Assembly: GCA_016618085.1 (NCBI GenBank) | Contig: JABLTG010000113.1 | Coordinates: forward strand, 1-64,000 | Length of the DNA stretch: 64,000 bases | Origin: Neovahlkampfia damariscottae | Lineage: Eukaryota | Direction: 5' to 3' | Shown: piece after piece, positions 1 through 13,414 of the stretch | How the letters are laid out: every line of letters starts with the position of its first letter | How positions within the stretch are numbered: the first letter of the stretch is position 1 | The notes under the pieces: model-generated | What the model was told of the DNA's origin: nothing | Seen by the model: only the letters and a program-made list of their open reading frames with translations | Databases searched by the model: none | Made by a program: the position numbers and the translations under genes

Positions 1-424
1 AAATATCAGAGAAAAGTTTAGTTTGTGGACTTGAGTTGAGAAATTTATAATAAGTTTCATAACTTTCTTCATGAACAATAACTGGAATACAATTCATTTT
101 TAAGAATTCTGCTTGAAGCATATATATATCATACATAGTCCCTTTACAGTTCATGCAACCAATATGTGAAGTAAAAAACATAAGTACTTTGTAGCCTTTT
201 GCATTGAGATCAGAAATCGTTACACCTGTATCATTTTATTTATGTATCTTATTACCTGCGGCCGTTTTCATTTGGTCAAAAAGTTCTGGTTCAACTTGTA
301 AACAAGAAAGTTGTTCTTGTAGTGCTCTTTCATCTACTTTTTGCACCTTGAGGTTATTTTTGTTTTCAATGGATTCAATTTCTTTCCCCTTGACTTTGGT
401 GATCTGTTTTGTTTGTTTCTTCAT
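1..424 (-). CDS. AhpC/TSA-like (thioredoxin-fold) redoxin, 3' end runs off the window
   Basis: ATG at 424; removing a ~30-nt GT-AG intron joins the 236..451 ORF to GVTISDLNAKGYKVLMFFTSHIGCMNCKGTM...CIPVIVHEE (CxxC after a hydrophobic strand). Confidence 0.55.
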
Positions 425-642
425 CTTTTTATGGATAAATACGGAAAACAAAATGCACCAATTAATTGATTTTCTGTGTAATTTCTTTTGCCAAACTAGG
501 AAAGTCTAATTCCAGTTTTAGAAAGACCTAACAGTATTTTATCTATTTACTTCATGAGATGCATTGTTCATTTTATCAAAATTCAATCCACTCTCGAATT
601 CCTAATCAAATGAAAAAATCGAAAAAATTTCAACAAAATATC

Positions 643-2251
643 TTATTTGAAGAAAAACTTCAAGTTGCAAGAATCAAAACTTAGAAGTAATTTGGTTTTC
701 AATTTCACACTTAGAATAAATGGTAGAACATTTTTTTCATTTCCTGATGATGAATTGTTCAGCATAACGTTATCATACAAATCTTTATCATCCAACCTGA
801 GAGCTATACCAAATTTTTTGAAACTTTTTCCATTTAATTTTTTAGATGATTTTTGTAGTTTAACATTCCAATCAAATGAATCTGATAACTGTTGAAATAA
901 CCATTGATCATCTGGGTTGAAGTTTCTTTGATCAAAATATAAATCATTTAAGATGAAATGATAATCATTTTCTCTTTGTAATTGAAGCAAATATTTCAAA
1001 TCCGAATTTGGAGACTTTTTAACAACTTCCTCTGGAAATTTTGATTTTTTGATATGTTCGACATCACTTTTGTCCACCGTAATGTCATATATTAGAGCTA
1101 TAAATTTTCCTGAGTTGGGTATTTGATATTTTAAAGTGAAGTTTTTGTGGAATGCAATCCAATTACACCTTAATGTCTCGCATTCATGAAGAGAAAAATC
1201 AAAGCAAAATTTTTCATGATTTTTTATCGAAATCAAAGAATTGACAATATTTGATGGTAAATAAATGTGTAAATAACCTAAAAAATCATCAGGTTTTTCA
1301 GCTTCTTGTTCTTCTTCACCATCTTTGAAAATCTTCAATTTTGAAAATTTTAGTTGAAGTGGACTTTGAGCAGCTGGAGCAAGATAATATTTGATTTTTT
1401 CTGTAATTTTATGGATGTTTGACTCGAAATTCCAAATTGAACATTTAATTTCATTAGGTTCAAGTGTTAATTTTTTTTTCAAGAGAATATCAAACATATG
1501 CTCTTCCATTGGATAGGTCAAACGAATTCCAAGAACAAAAATTTGTGGTAATTCTATTATTTTCCCAATGCAATATTGATACTTGATGATATTTCTTTTT
1601 AGTGGTTTATTAAAAGAAAATCCTGATACAACTCCCAGTTTTGTATTAATATCTTGATTTGATTCATTATCAAAATATAATACTTCTTTTATCTTTTTTA
1701 CATATTCTTCTTTTATTTCACGATAATTTTCGTGAAAAAATTGAGATTGTTGTTTTATTTTTCTTTGGAAATTAATTTCAATATTAAACACTTTTGAAAA
1801 ACTTTTGAAACGTTCAAATTTTGTTTCTAAATTGATTTTGGAACTATGAGTATCATGGTAGTTCAAAAAATATCTTTTAAGCTCTTTTGGTGAATTATTG
1901 TCCAGTACTTCATGAGCAAAATATGTAGTTTTTTTGTTTTCTCCTAACCAATTTTGTATTTTTTGAATCTCAAAAGTATTATCATGAAAAAGATCTTTAC
2001 TGCTAAATGAACTCAAAAAAATTGGAATATGTGGTTTAAAAGATTCCTCTGATTCATTAATAGCTCTTTTTTCGTAAAATTCTTTTTCTTTTTCAGAAGA
2101 CTCATACCATTCTGAGGAATTAGTTTTTTGTTTTTTTTATACCAACAACAACATCTGTTATTTCTTTGTATTTAATTCTGTTCAAGTAGTAAAATAACAA
2201 TTTTCCATCAAAAATGTGTTCAGTTTCATCCAAATTTGTACAACTTTGCAT
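643..2251 (-). CDS. Hypothetical protein (>500 aa); the 3' end may extend through further exons to ~540
   Basis: 457-aa ORF extended upstream to ATG 2251 through one ~31-nt intron (gtataaa...cctcag); no family recognised. Confidence 0.6.
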
Positions 2252-2354
2252 CTTGATTGGTTAAAAATTATTCAATTAGAAAAGCATCCTTAAATCAAAA
2301 ATAGATTCTAATGATCTCTTTAAATTTTAGTTTAAAATTTGATTAATGTAAAGT

Positions 2355-2644
2355 TTATTCTTGCTTTGGTACTTCACCATTGTCTGAAGGTGTTCCTAAC
2401 TTCAAATTTTGGCATTTTGGTTTGAATCGAGGAATTGGATACCCATTTTGATCAAATAATATAGGTTTTTCGACCATAGGACATTGAAAAACGTGAATGT
2501 TCCAATGTTCTACCCAGCACTAAAAATATTAAAAAAGAATTAAAAAACATGTTCAGAGCAGTATTTTGGAATAGTACAGTGTTCACAGCTGATCACTTTT
2601 TCAAATGAAATATTCCTATGACAGTAATCACACAAAGTTGTCAT
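2355..2644 (-). CDS. Small MYND-type zinc-finger protein (86 aa), absent from the ORF track
   Basis: Spliced across intron 2520-2548: MTTLCDYCHRNISFEKVISCEHCTIPKYCSEHCWVEHWNIHVFQC..., i.e. CxxC-CxxC-YCSxxC-HWxxH-C. Confidence 0.85.
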
Positions 2645-2684
2645 CAACAAGAGAAGAACTTGAAGTTAAAAATAGAATCATTAA

Positions 2685-2689
2685 CCAAT
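2685..2689. promoter_or_regulatory. Single CCAAT box in a 78-bp bidirectional promoter (MYND / RasGEF)
   Basis: ACCAAT about midway between divergent ATGs at 2644 and 2723. Confidence 0.6.
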
Positions 2690-2722
2690 AAATAGACAGA
2701 ATATTTACAACCAAAAAACAAC

Positions 2723-4194
2723 ATGTCATTCTCAGAGATACTTTCTGATAATCTCATCGATATAGTGGATTATTTGCCTCCAAAAGATGCTGAAAACTGG
2801 TTCATTTCCTCCAAAAAATTTCAAAAACATCAAGAATTGTATTGGCAACATTTCTTCAAAAATCAGAGCATTAAAAAACCATCAAAAAACTGTATTTTTA
2901 CTTTAAAACAATATTATTATCAAATTTATTTGAAAAAAGATGATTTTTCAGATATTTTGATTTATGAAAGAGTTTGTGAAAATATTTTAGATTACCAAGA
3001 ACAAGAGGAAGGTTTAGTACTTTGGAAAAAAATGGAGTATTTTCAAATGATTAAATTAGTTGTTCAAGATAATAAAGAAGAATATTTTGATGATATATTT
3101 GCTTCGATTCATTCCAAACAACTTAGAAATGTGTTTGTGATGAAACTATATGAATTAATGAACAACGAGAATTCAACAAAAGAAGAGATTGAAAAAATCC
3201 AATCTACAATCATTAAAATATTAGAAAGTGTAAGAAATATAATTGTTTTAAATTCAAAAAGTGGATTTTATTTGATTATGACTCTGGGATGAATACTATC
3301 AAATTGGTAGAAGAAAAATTCAGAAACCAATTTGAAAAACATGATTTCAAACTAAACTTTTTGGATATAATGAAAACAAAAAAAAAAAATGAAAGAATCC
3401 AAATTTTTGAAGGAGATGCTCCAAAGTCCATTTTTCCAAAGACGTTTACATCAATTTTAGATTTCAAACCAGTAGAGTTTGCAAGGCAATTAACAATGAT
3501 TGACTCGGAGATTTATCATAGTATTGAAAAAATTGAATTGTGCTCAGGTTCATGGATGAAATTTGATTCATCAAAAGAACAAAACTCACCCAACGTATTG
3601 CGTGCAATTACACTATTCAATGAAGTTTGCTCACTGGTACAAGTTTTACTTCTCAAAGAATCCAAACTAATGAAAAGAGCCAATATATTGAAATTTTTCC
3701 TTGAAACTGTGATTGAATTAAAGAAAATCAACTCATTCAACTTGCTAATGAGTTTAATTTCTGGTTTACAAACAGCACCAGTGCATCGTCTGAAAGAAAC
3801 ATGGGCTTTTGTTCCAACAAAATTAAAAAGTCAATTTGAAGCAATATTAGAAATAGCTGATGGTAGTCATAGTTATTACAAATTGAGAAATATTATGAAT
3901 TCATCCAATGGAAATGTAATCCCTTATGTTGGAATTTTCTTGACAGATTTGGTATTTATTGAGGATGGAAATGAAACCTTTACTCCATTAATCAATTGCA
4001 CAAAAAGAAAACTTAGAGTTGGTGCAATCAATAGAGTTCTCAAATTTCAAAATTCCAAACATAACTTTAAAATCAATAAGAAATTTCAAGAAATATTACA
4101 ACAAGAGTTTGAAGATGCAAAGCAGTTTGATGAAAAGACATGTTATCAGATGTCATTGGAAATTGAACCAAGAGGAAGAAAACTCAAAAAATAA
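2723..4194 (+). CDS. F-box-like N-terminus plus RasGEF (REM/CDC25) protein
   Basis: Intron 3230-3261 (32 nt) fuses the two ORFs (ILES|WILFD). CDC25 motifs EFARQLTMID, NSFN, PVHRLKETW, IPYVGIFLTDL; F-box-like LSDNLIDIVDYLPPKD. Confidence 0.85.
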
Positions 4195-4230
4195 TCAGAT
4201 TATCATTCCAATTTTATTTTATTCTTTTTT

Positions 4231-7200
4231 TCAGATTTTAGGTTTTTTATTTTTCTCTTCATCCAAATTTTTGAAAATCCATACTTGATTCAAATGTTGA
4301 ATATTGTCAAGATTACTTGCAATAATTTTCACTCCAATCACATTGGATTCTTTTGAAGAACAATTTGAACAAAATAACAATTGATAAACCATTTGGTCAG
4401 ATTCAATCCAACCTGTAACACATTTTTTACCATTTTCAATTGTTGGATTTGGAATTTCAAATTCAAATTTCCCAATTTTAACCTTGTTTTCTGATTTTTC
4501 AATTTCTACTATCTCATCATTTGGAATGACATCTTTAATTAATTTCTTATCCAAATTTGTTGAAACATAAACTTCCAATGAAAAATGTCCTAAATTTTTC
4601 ATCAAATTTTCCAAGTACGGTTTTTCTTTGATTTTCTTCAATGATTGAGTTGAATCTATTTCACACAATATTCCTGAGCAATGACTACATCTTGTAATTA
4701 TCTTTTCAAGACTCACATTTTTTTGGAATTTTCTTTTTGGTGGTATGATCACTGGAGTCTTTGGTGATTTAGCTTTCACAGGAATAATAGGTTTTGAAGA
4801 AACATAACTTTGAGTCAATGATTCATTTTGAAAAGTTGGTGATTCAACTTCCATTTTTTGTGTTGTAGCAAAAAGTGGATCTTCATCATCAGAAGTATCA
4901 ATATCAAATTCTTCTGAACTCAACAATGATTCATCCAAAATGTCATCAGAAATATCTCCTTGTGAAACGTTCTTTAAAAATGCCTTCAATTGAATTTGAG
5001 ATTGTTTGAAACCATCAAATGATTTCACTTGAGCTCTCATCCATTTTGACAAACCATTGATATTTTGTTTTTCATTAAATCTTTCATCAACAAGAAAAAC
5101 ACTTCCATCTATTTAACAAATTAAAAAAAGAATAAAACAACTTACAATCTCCTTTGTGACGAATACATCTTCCAATAGCTTGATTTATAGCTCTGTAAGC
5201 TTGTTGGCAATACCATTTGTTTCCATTCAACCCTTTGTTGTATTCATTATTAAATCGTTTCTTCAAATCAACTTTAAGATCTCTGACATTTGGAAAAGGA
5301 ATTCCTACACAAATCTAAAAGTAAGAAGAATAAAAATATCTTACAACTAATCTTGCTCTGTTATTTGCAAAATCAATACCTTCACTAATTTTACCTCGAC
5401 AAACAGCAAGACATAATCCACCTGTTTTTTTAGGTGACAAACCTTCAGATTCTGCTTGTTCATAATTTTCTATGGATTTATAAAATCTCTTCATCTCTGC
5501 ATCAAATTTACTTCCTGATTCAATTCCTCTTCCTTCAAATATCACATCTTTAATTTCCAACATTTTTTTCATTGTTCCTGAAAACTCCCATCTTTTTTTC
5601 AATTTATCCATAAATGCATAAGATGGGAAAAAACACAACACACCAAATTTTACATTTTTACAAGAATCCAAAATCAATTCTCCTAAACTGTCTTGAAACT
5701 TCTCTGAACTTGATTCTTTGAAAGATGCATTCATTTTAACCATATTTGGTCCTTTTGATAAACTTCCAATGAATAGCTGTTTCCTCAAATTGATAACATG
5801 TGAACCTTCAAATGTATAATCAAAATCAACTTCAAGTTCTGATGAAAATGAGTCCATGGGTGATAATGTACCACTTGTTAATATTATTGAACGACATTTT
5901 TTTGCAATTTCATGAAATGCAACTCTTGGATTCATACACCATAAATTCAACGTTACTTCTTCAATATCTTGATAAAATTAAAAATTGAACTTTAAAATTC
6001 TCACATTTATGGTTTTTGTAGACTTTGCTTTTTTGGAGGACAATATTGTAATCATTGATGAATTTACAATCTTGTTGAAACATAAATTCAAAAACACAAA
6101 ATAAATCTTTTAAATTGTTAGAAAGTAGATTTTCTACGAACGTTCAATGATCACTAATGACTTTTCAGATAGTACTTTTTCTTCTTCCCTTTTTTCTCGA
6201 TCTAAAGAAATAGACACCAACTTTTGATATTTCCCATGAAGACTAATAAAGTTCTCTTTTGTCAAACTCCATTCATTTAATAATTTCATCAAACCATCTT
6301 TTTGAATTCTTTAAAGTTTAGCATTTAATTATTGATTTTTACACAATATCTGAATTCATTTTACGTGAAGAATGGGACATCCAAGTTTCTATTTTTAGCA
6401 ACATCACTAAAATTCCTTCCATTGATTTTGGTATAAACCCATCATTCATCAATTTTTTCAAATCATTAACAGTTTCTACAACTAGTAAGTTTGATTAAAT
6501 TTCTTACTTTCAACATCATCCACTTCAACAGAAAACGAAGCAGCATCTCTTGAAACATCTTCAATATTACTAAAAAAAAACGTGAATATTGTATTAGTAT
6601 TTACTGAGCTTCATCAATGATAACAATATTTCCTTCAAGTTCAATATGAGTTGTTGTACGAATATCTGTTTGAAAAAGGTCAAAAGAATTACAAAAAAAA
6701 AACTTGGATCAACAAGATAATTATAAGGGCAAAAAATAATTTCAGCATCTCCTAATTTGTATTGAGCCGCATAATAAGGACATGCTTTGATTTTTTTTCC
6801 ACCTTCAATCCAGTCTTCCATATCCCAAATTTCTTTTTCTCCTTCAGGTTTGAATTTTGTACTCTTTGATAAATTTTCAGCATTTGGGTAAGAACGACAA
6901 GTTTGATAAATCCTTTTTTTCATACTTCAAAATTGAATTAGTGTTTTTTTTTTAATTACCATTCATCATTTATTGCATTTCCACTTTTTCTCACTTCTTC
7001 ATTGATGCAGTAATGTTTTCTACTTGCCAAAATATCCATAACTTGAAAATTTAAAATTTTTTGGCTCGTTTTTTATACTTGGTTTAAAAGATGTTTTTTT
7101 TAATTCTCTGATGATTTGAGTTATTTGTGAATGTGTTCTGGTTCCATAAAAAATTTTTGGAACCGAACTTTTGTCTTCTTTTGTCAGAGAAATTGGTTTT

Positions 7201-7548
7201 TCATTTTTTAAAGGTAAATCTAAGTTCAGTATTTCTTTTGGAGGTTTTAAAATTTATAATACTTGAAATATACCATTTTTTGTTTTTTCCAGTTCTTTAA
7301 GGAATGAAGTTTGAAAAGATAGAGAAGCGCATAACAAACTGAGAGTTTTACCAGAACCTTTTAAAAAATTAATATTTATAGTATACCTGTAGGTGATTCT
7401 AAAAGACAGTTTTTTGAGGTTTTTAAACCATCAATAACCTTTTAAAGAGTTTATGATTTTTTTTGTTTACTTTTGTCATGTATTCAAGCTGTACATCATA
7501 TGGTTCGTATGGAAATGATAGTTCAATTCCACTTAATATCTTTTTCAT
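4231..7548 (-). CDS. BRIP1: FANCJ/BRIP1-like Fe-S DEAH DNA helicase (RAD3/XPD family), ~11 introns
   Basis: Spliced motifs [68 protein letters not shown]-terminal extension with two CxxC pairs. Confidence 0.85.
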
Positions 7549-7720
7549 GTTGAGAATTGAATTGTTCTTTTTGAAATCCGTTGACCAATAAAATCACAAC
7601 CCAGCAAATAGTTTCAATTTTGTTGCTTTTACTAAGTCCTGTTATACAAGAAAGGTTCTTTGATTATATTTTATGTTGGAATTGAAGATTTAGTGTGACT
7701 CCTACTTAATTAGCTAAACA

Positions 7721-8003
7721 ATGGGCAAAACTAAAAAGAAAAAACAAACGACACAAGTTCAAAAAAAAAAGAAGAGATAAAAGTACAAGTGAAGAAGCAA
7801 AGAAATTGACACAAACAGAACAAAGTGAAAAATTTCCAATTTCTTCAACAAAGTCTTCAAATGAAAATGAGGTATTAAAAAGAGAAAATAAGGAATTAAG
7901 AAATAAGCATGATGATCTTGAGAAAAAATTTAACCATTTAGTTGGAATAACTTTAGTCCTGTTATTCAGAAAAATAGCAAAGAAACATCATACTTCAAAC
8001 TAA
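7721..8003 (+). CDS. Small basic/coiled-coil hypothetical protein; 3' exon structure uncertain
   Basis: ATG 7721 in frame with the 7806..8003 ORF; heptads LKRENKELRNKHDDLEKKF; plausible downstream introns. Confidence 0.4.
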
Positions 8004-8252
8004 AAACCGTGTAACGTGACTAATTACGTAGGTGTCTTAATAATGGTTTACTCATCTTCAAAAGAAACTCTTCGTTCTCTTCTCCAGGATTTAACGTAGT
8101 TAAAACTAAACAATTACTTGAAAAAAAAAACATTTGCTCCTTTCGTTTGAAGAAAAGAAAGTAGAAATAACCCCTAGTCAAAATCAAGCATTAAAAAAGA
8201 CAGATTCTGAAGTTCAAAAATGAAATAAAAAAAGTTTTAATTTTTTTTAATT

Positions 8253-9788
8253 TTAATTTTCTTTCACACTTTCAAACCCATTTTTTTCAATTGATTTAAT
8301 GACATCAATAATAATATCTGTGCATTCATCTAATTGTTCTTTTGTTATAACTAAAGGAGGAGCAAATCTGATAATATTTTCATGTGTTTGTTTTGCCAAA
8401 AGACCTTTTGAAAAAATTAATTTCTTTTTTGAAAAGTAGTTACCTCTTGTTTTAAAAACTTTACAGATATCATAAGCTGTATGACCTTTAAGTTGTGGAT
8501 GATCATGATTGACAATAATAGCATTCAACAAACCTCTTCCTCTGACAAGTGTAATTAATGAGTCTTTTGATTCAACCAAAGTATTAAGTCTTTCTCTTAA
8601 ATGTTGACCAAGAACAAAAGCATTTTCAATCATATTTTCTTCTTTTAAAACAGAAAGTGCTTCCATTGCAACTGCACAACCAAGTGGATTACCAGCAAAA
8701 GTTGAACCATGTTGACCAGGATGAATATGTTCCATTACTTTCCAATCTGCTAAACAACAACTAACTGGATAAAAACCACCACTTAAAGCTTTTCCAAGAA
8801 CAACAATATCTGGTTTGAAATTATCATAATCTGAAGCCAAAAGTTTTCCTAAAAGAATATTAAAAAAATTAAAGACATACCTGTTCTTCCAACACCTTTT
8901 TTAAAAAAAATTAATTTTTAAATTTTCAAACCTGTTTGTACTTCATCTGCAATAAAAAGTACATTGTGTTTTTGACAAAGTTCATAACATTTTTTTAAAT
9001 ATCCTTCATCTGGAACAACGACACCAGCTTCTCCTTGAATTGGTTCAACTAAAAATCCAGCAACTTTTTTTCCTTGTTTTTCTAAAAGTTCTTCAAGAGC
9101 ACCAATATCATTGTATGGAATATTTAAATGATTTCCAACTCCTTTTGTATAAGGTCCAAATTGTTCATAACTATCAGGATCTGTTGAGAATGAAATGATT
9201 GAAATAGTTCTTCCATGAAAGTTGTCTTGACAAGAAATGATCAAAGCTTCATTATCAGGAATTTGTTTTTCAACATAACCCCATCTTCTTGCTAATTTAA
9301 TAGCAGCTTCAACAGCTTCAGCTCCTGAGTTTGTTGGTAAAACGGCATCATAACCAAAATATTCAGTAATGTATTTAGCGAATTGAGGAAATACATTGTT
9401 ATAAAAAGCTCTTGAAGATAAAGTAACACCATTTGAAAGTTGTTCTTGCATGACTTTAAGAATTTTTGGATGACAATGTCCTGCGCGCGAAAAGTCGTTA
9501 GTTTTTTTAATTTTTGTACCTTGATTAATTGCAGAATAAGCACTTAAGAAATCATAATATTTTTTTCCTTCTGGATCCCAAACTTCAACTCCTTTTGCTT
9601 TTTCAAAAACCACTTCAAGTGGTTTATAACTTTTTTTTTTAATTTTTTTTTTTTTCTTCTTTGATTTACTTGTGACATGAATAATCATATTCCATTTGAA
9701 TTAATTCTTTTGAAGAGAATTTTTCAATTTTTGAATAAGTTTTAAAATTTTTAAGAGTGTTGTTTCCGTTTTTACAAATTCTTCTCAT
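8253..9788 (-). CDS. OAT: Ornithine aminotransferase (class III PLP) with a probable mitochondrial presequence
   Basis: [40 protein letters not shown] (15-nt micro-exon 8881-8895), [19 protein letters not shown]-terminus MRRICKNG. Confidence 0.95.
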
Positions 9789-10021
9789 TTGTTGATTGCG
9801 ACCAATAGAAACTGTTCGACATTTTTTATTTTAAAAAATCTGACTTTCCAATTTGAAAATGGACCAAGGAAATAACTAATAAATTCAATCAATTCAAAAT
9901 TTTTTTTTAATTTTTTTTTTGGAATAACTTTTACGAGGTTCAAGTAACCAAAAAAACCAAAATAACAAAAAGAAATCTGTCAGCAGCACTTGATTAATCA
10001 GACCAATCATCAAACAGAGAA

Positions 10022-10447
10022 ATGTCAACGGAGGTGTTCAGAAGTTGTTTAGTTGAAGCAAAACTTGAAGATGTTTGGAAGGTAATTGGAAAATTTGACG
10101 ACCTTGGTTTTGTATCACCTGATATTCAAATCACAATGGAAGAAGTTGATAATACAAAAAGAAGATGTTTTCCATTTGGTGAAGTAAATTTAAAAGAAGA
10201 GTTGTTAGAAACTATAAACAATTCAAATCATTGCATGGTCAAATATAATTTTGTTAAAGGATTTGAAGGATTTAAAGTTGATAATTACGTTGCCAATTTC
10301 AGTGCGTTTAGAAATACTTATGATAATTCCACTTTTGTAATTTGGAAATGTACTTTTGATCTTAGAACTGGTTTTGAAGATGAAAAGAACAAAATTGAAG
10401 CACTATTTGAAACAACTATTTCTAATCTTCCAAAATTAAAATTTTGA
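10022..10447 (+). CDS. SRPBCC/polyketide cyclase-dehydrase (START-like) protein
   Basis: 141 aa; VEAKLEDVWKVIGKF...RRCF...LKEEL...TFVIWKCTF pattern. Confidence 0.75.
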   Translation: MSTEVFRSCLVEAKLEDVWKVIGKFDDLGFVSPDIQITMEEVDNTKRRCFPFGEVNLKEELLETINNSNHCMVKYNFVKGFEGFKVDNYVANFSAFRNTYDNSTFVIWKCTFDLRTGFEDEKNKIEALFETTISNLPKLKF

Positions 10448-10672
10448 TTTGTGACACAATTTTTTTGTAAATATTTTGAACATGATAAACAACAACATAA
10501 AAAAAATCAATTTCATGAAAAAAGAAACAGACAAACCTCTTTTCATTTAAGAAATTTTTTTTTATTTTAATTTTTTTGGAAAAAATATGAAGAGATGATG
10601 TTTAGGAAACCATAACAATTCAACAACAAAGATGATAAGTTATTTAAAATTTATAGAATTTTATTGAAAAAT

Positions 10673-11091
10673 TTAGTCTTCATCTGATCCTCCAAACATG
10701 TCTCCGAAACCACCACCAGCACTTTCTGATTCATCTTTTTTTTTTTCTTCTTTTTTATCTTCTTTAGCTTCAGTTGTTTCTGTGTTTCCTCCAGTAACAG
10801 CTTCTTGTGTAGCACCTCCAACAGTGGAACCTCCTCTGACAAGAGCAGCAAGGTCAGCTTTTGACATATAGTCAGCGAAAATTGATGGCCAGTATGGTTC
10901 TACATTACATCCAGCAGCTTCAAGAACTGTTTTAATGTTTTTTTCCTGAATTTTAAATTTAGGTTTTTTTTTCACTTACGTTGATTGGAATTGAATCATC
11001 GTGTAAAAGAAGTCCTGCGTAAAGGCATGCCATTTGGTCTTGTTTAGCCTGGAGGTTAGTCAATAATTTTCTTCCTTACTTTATCACTCAT
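10673..11091 (-). CDS. RPLP1: 60S acidic ribosomal protein P1
   Basis: Two introns; ACLYAGLLLHDDSIPI, VLEAAGCNVEPYWPSIFA, acidic tail ending GFGDMFG. Confidence 0.92.
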
Positions 11092-11317
11092 TTCTTGTTG
11101 TTTTTCTGAAAAATTCTGATTGGACAGGCAAAAAACTTTAGCCTCTTTTCATTGGTTATTGATTTTGTAAATCTCAAAATTGAAAAAAAATCAATTTTAT
11201 TTTAGAAAAATAGAAATAAGACAATACACTTTTCACAAAAAAATCCTTGAGGTAATTTGACCAATGACATTTGTTTTTTTCAATTTGAATAAAAAAATCT
11301 GGAGGTGGGTCAAAAAT

Positions 11318-13280
11318 TTATTTTGGATTAGATTTTAGAGTTTTCAAGATACTCATTGACAATCTGTCCAGTCTGGAGGTAATTCCATCTTTGCTTGTTG
11401 ACCTATCTCGAAAAGTTTGAGAAAACCTCGAATCTTTGGACAACTCCTTTGATTCTTTTTCAAAAGTTTTCAGAGATTTCTCAGAGATGCTTTTCCTTGA
11501 GTTTGACAAACTTTTACGACTTGACAAACTTTTTCTTTGATTTGAAACACTCTTTCTTTTTGTATCATTTTTTCTTTTTGGTGAAGGTGTGCAAGGAGAA
11601 TCAACTAATTCACTCTTCAATTGTTCTTCCAGAGATACAAACTCATAATCTAACAAATGAATATTTGGACAGACCAATTCACTTTCAACATCAACTAAAG
11701 GTTCAAAATTTTCATCTTTTGATTTTAAAGAACGAAGCATGAATGCAACATCAAAAGCTTGAAAAATTAAATAATCGTGTGGATATTTTTTTTTAAATTT
11801 TGGTTCATTTTTATTCACCAAGATGAAAAATTCATCAAATTCATCATGTGAATGAATTTCAGGAATACAACTAAAACCAAATTTTTCTTGAAATTCTGTA
11901 GAATAATCAGTTGGATAAATAGAAGGTCCTGCATCACCAAAATTTTTGATTTCATTCATAAATGAGTACATTGAACCATTATACTTTGTATCAATTTGGA
12001 ATTCTTTAAAAATCTCTTCCACAAAATGAAAATGATTTCCTTCAAATTTTGATAATTTTGGATCCCATTTTTTGTACATAAAATTACAATTCCATTCAGT
12101 AATCACTTTTGCAAGTTTTGTTCTTATTTCATCAATTTTCAATTTTATTTTAGAAAATGGAGGTATTTGATCATACAACTTTTTAATATTTCCTCCAATT
12201 TTCTTTGGAACACAAATGGAGGTATCTCCGAATTCCAAATACCAAAGGTCTCCAATGATTAATGAGCATTTAAAATTTCCAAATTTTGAATTTGGATCAA
12301 AAAAATTCAAAGAATTAATTTTAGATTTGAAGGAATCAGCGAGTCCCATATCATAAGAATTATAAACCATTTCTGATAAAACCAATCTACATTCAAATTC
12401 TTCCTTTGAAAATATCAATTCATCATAATTTTCAATATCCAAATTTAAATAACTTTTTAATATCAATTTTTCATCACACAAACTGAAAACTTTGTCTTTA
12501 TGTTTCTTCAGAAAATTTTTTGAGTCTAAATGTTTGTAATCTGAAAATCCTTCAAGTTTGAATTGAAATTTTTTTTTTGATAAATTAAATCCATTTGAAA
12601 TTAATAAAATATTGATTTCTTTGTCAAGAAAATTTGAAATATTCTCAGAAACTCCCATTTCGATGAAATTTTTTTTCTGCAGAAACAGCAAATCATTCCC
12701 TGTAAATTTCTTTGAAATGAAAATGTTTTCAATTTCCCATGGAAGATCTTTATTTTCAAAGATCAAAAAACTTAACCATTCTAAAACTTGATTATGACTC
12801 CAATTTGCAACGTCTTTTTGGATTAATTTTGTTTGTGTTTACTTGAAGTTTCAATTTTTGATTTGATTTCAGAAAAGATTGTAAGTTCTTGTTTAATGTC
12901 AAAAATAATAATCTTTTGTAAAAAAGATGTGTATTCTTTGTAGCTTGGGAATGAAAGCATTGCGAAGCTCTCTTTTGTTTTTAATTTTACGGAGAAGGGA
13001 AAAGTTTCATTCTTTGAATTAGAATTTTATGGAGCTTACATATATCTTTTGATATGTTTCATGTATCACAATTTCTTCATATTTTTTCTTTGAATTTGAT
13101 CAGTTATTATCAGTTTTTTTTTACTTTTGTTGTCATTGTGATGAACAATTTTCCTTCTGATGTTAAGTAAAACAGAGAAGGTACCCATATCGGTTTTGAA
13201 TATTTTAGCACTTCTCCAGTTTTAATGATCACGTGTTCATCAATATCCTGCTGGGTTTTGTATTTTTTTAAAAACGACAT
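11318..13280 (-). CDS. PH-like + SAM + inactive permuted papain-like domain protein (paralog of 21407 and 26784)
   Basis: Three small introns join ATG 13280 to the 482-aa ORF; SAM motif VANWSHNQVLEWL...FTGNDLL; shares LIIG.W.LE...S.C.P.K, IRTKLA.VI..WN and AFD.AF with its paralogs. Confidence 0.7.
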
Positions 13281-13414
13281 TTCATTGGTTTATCAAGAAT
13301 CACCAATCGCGAGTTATACAGGACATGAATTATTTTTTAATCATAATAATTTGAAAAAATAAAAATAAAAAAAACAATCAAATTTCCACCAATCGTTTTC
13401 GGTTCAATTTAAAA

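Noticed and set aside
3289..3292. ATGA overlap resembling prokaryotic translational coupling
   Set aside because: Explained by the 32-nt intron 3230-3261 joining both ORFs into one gene.
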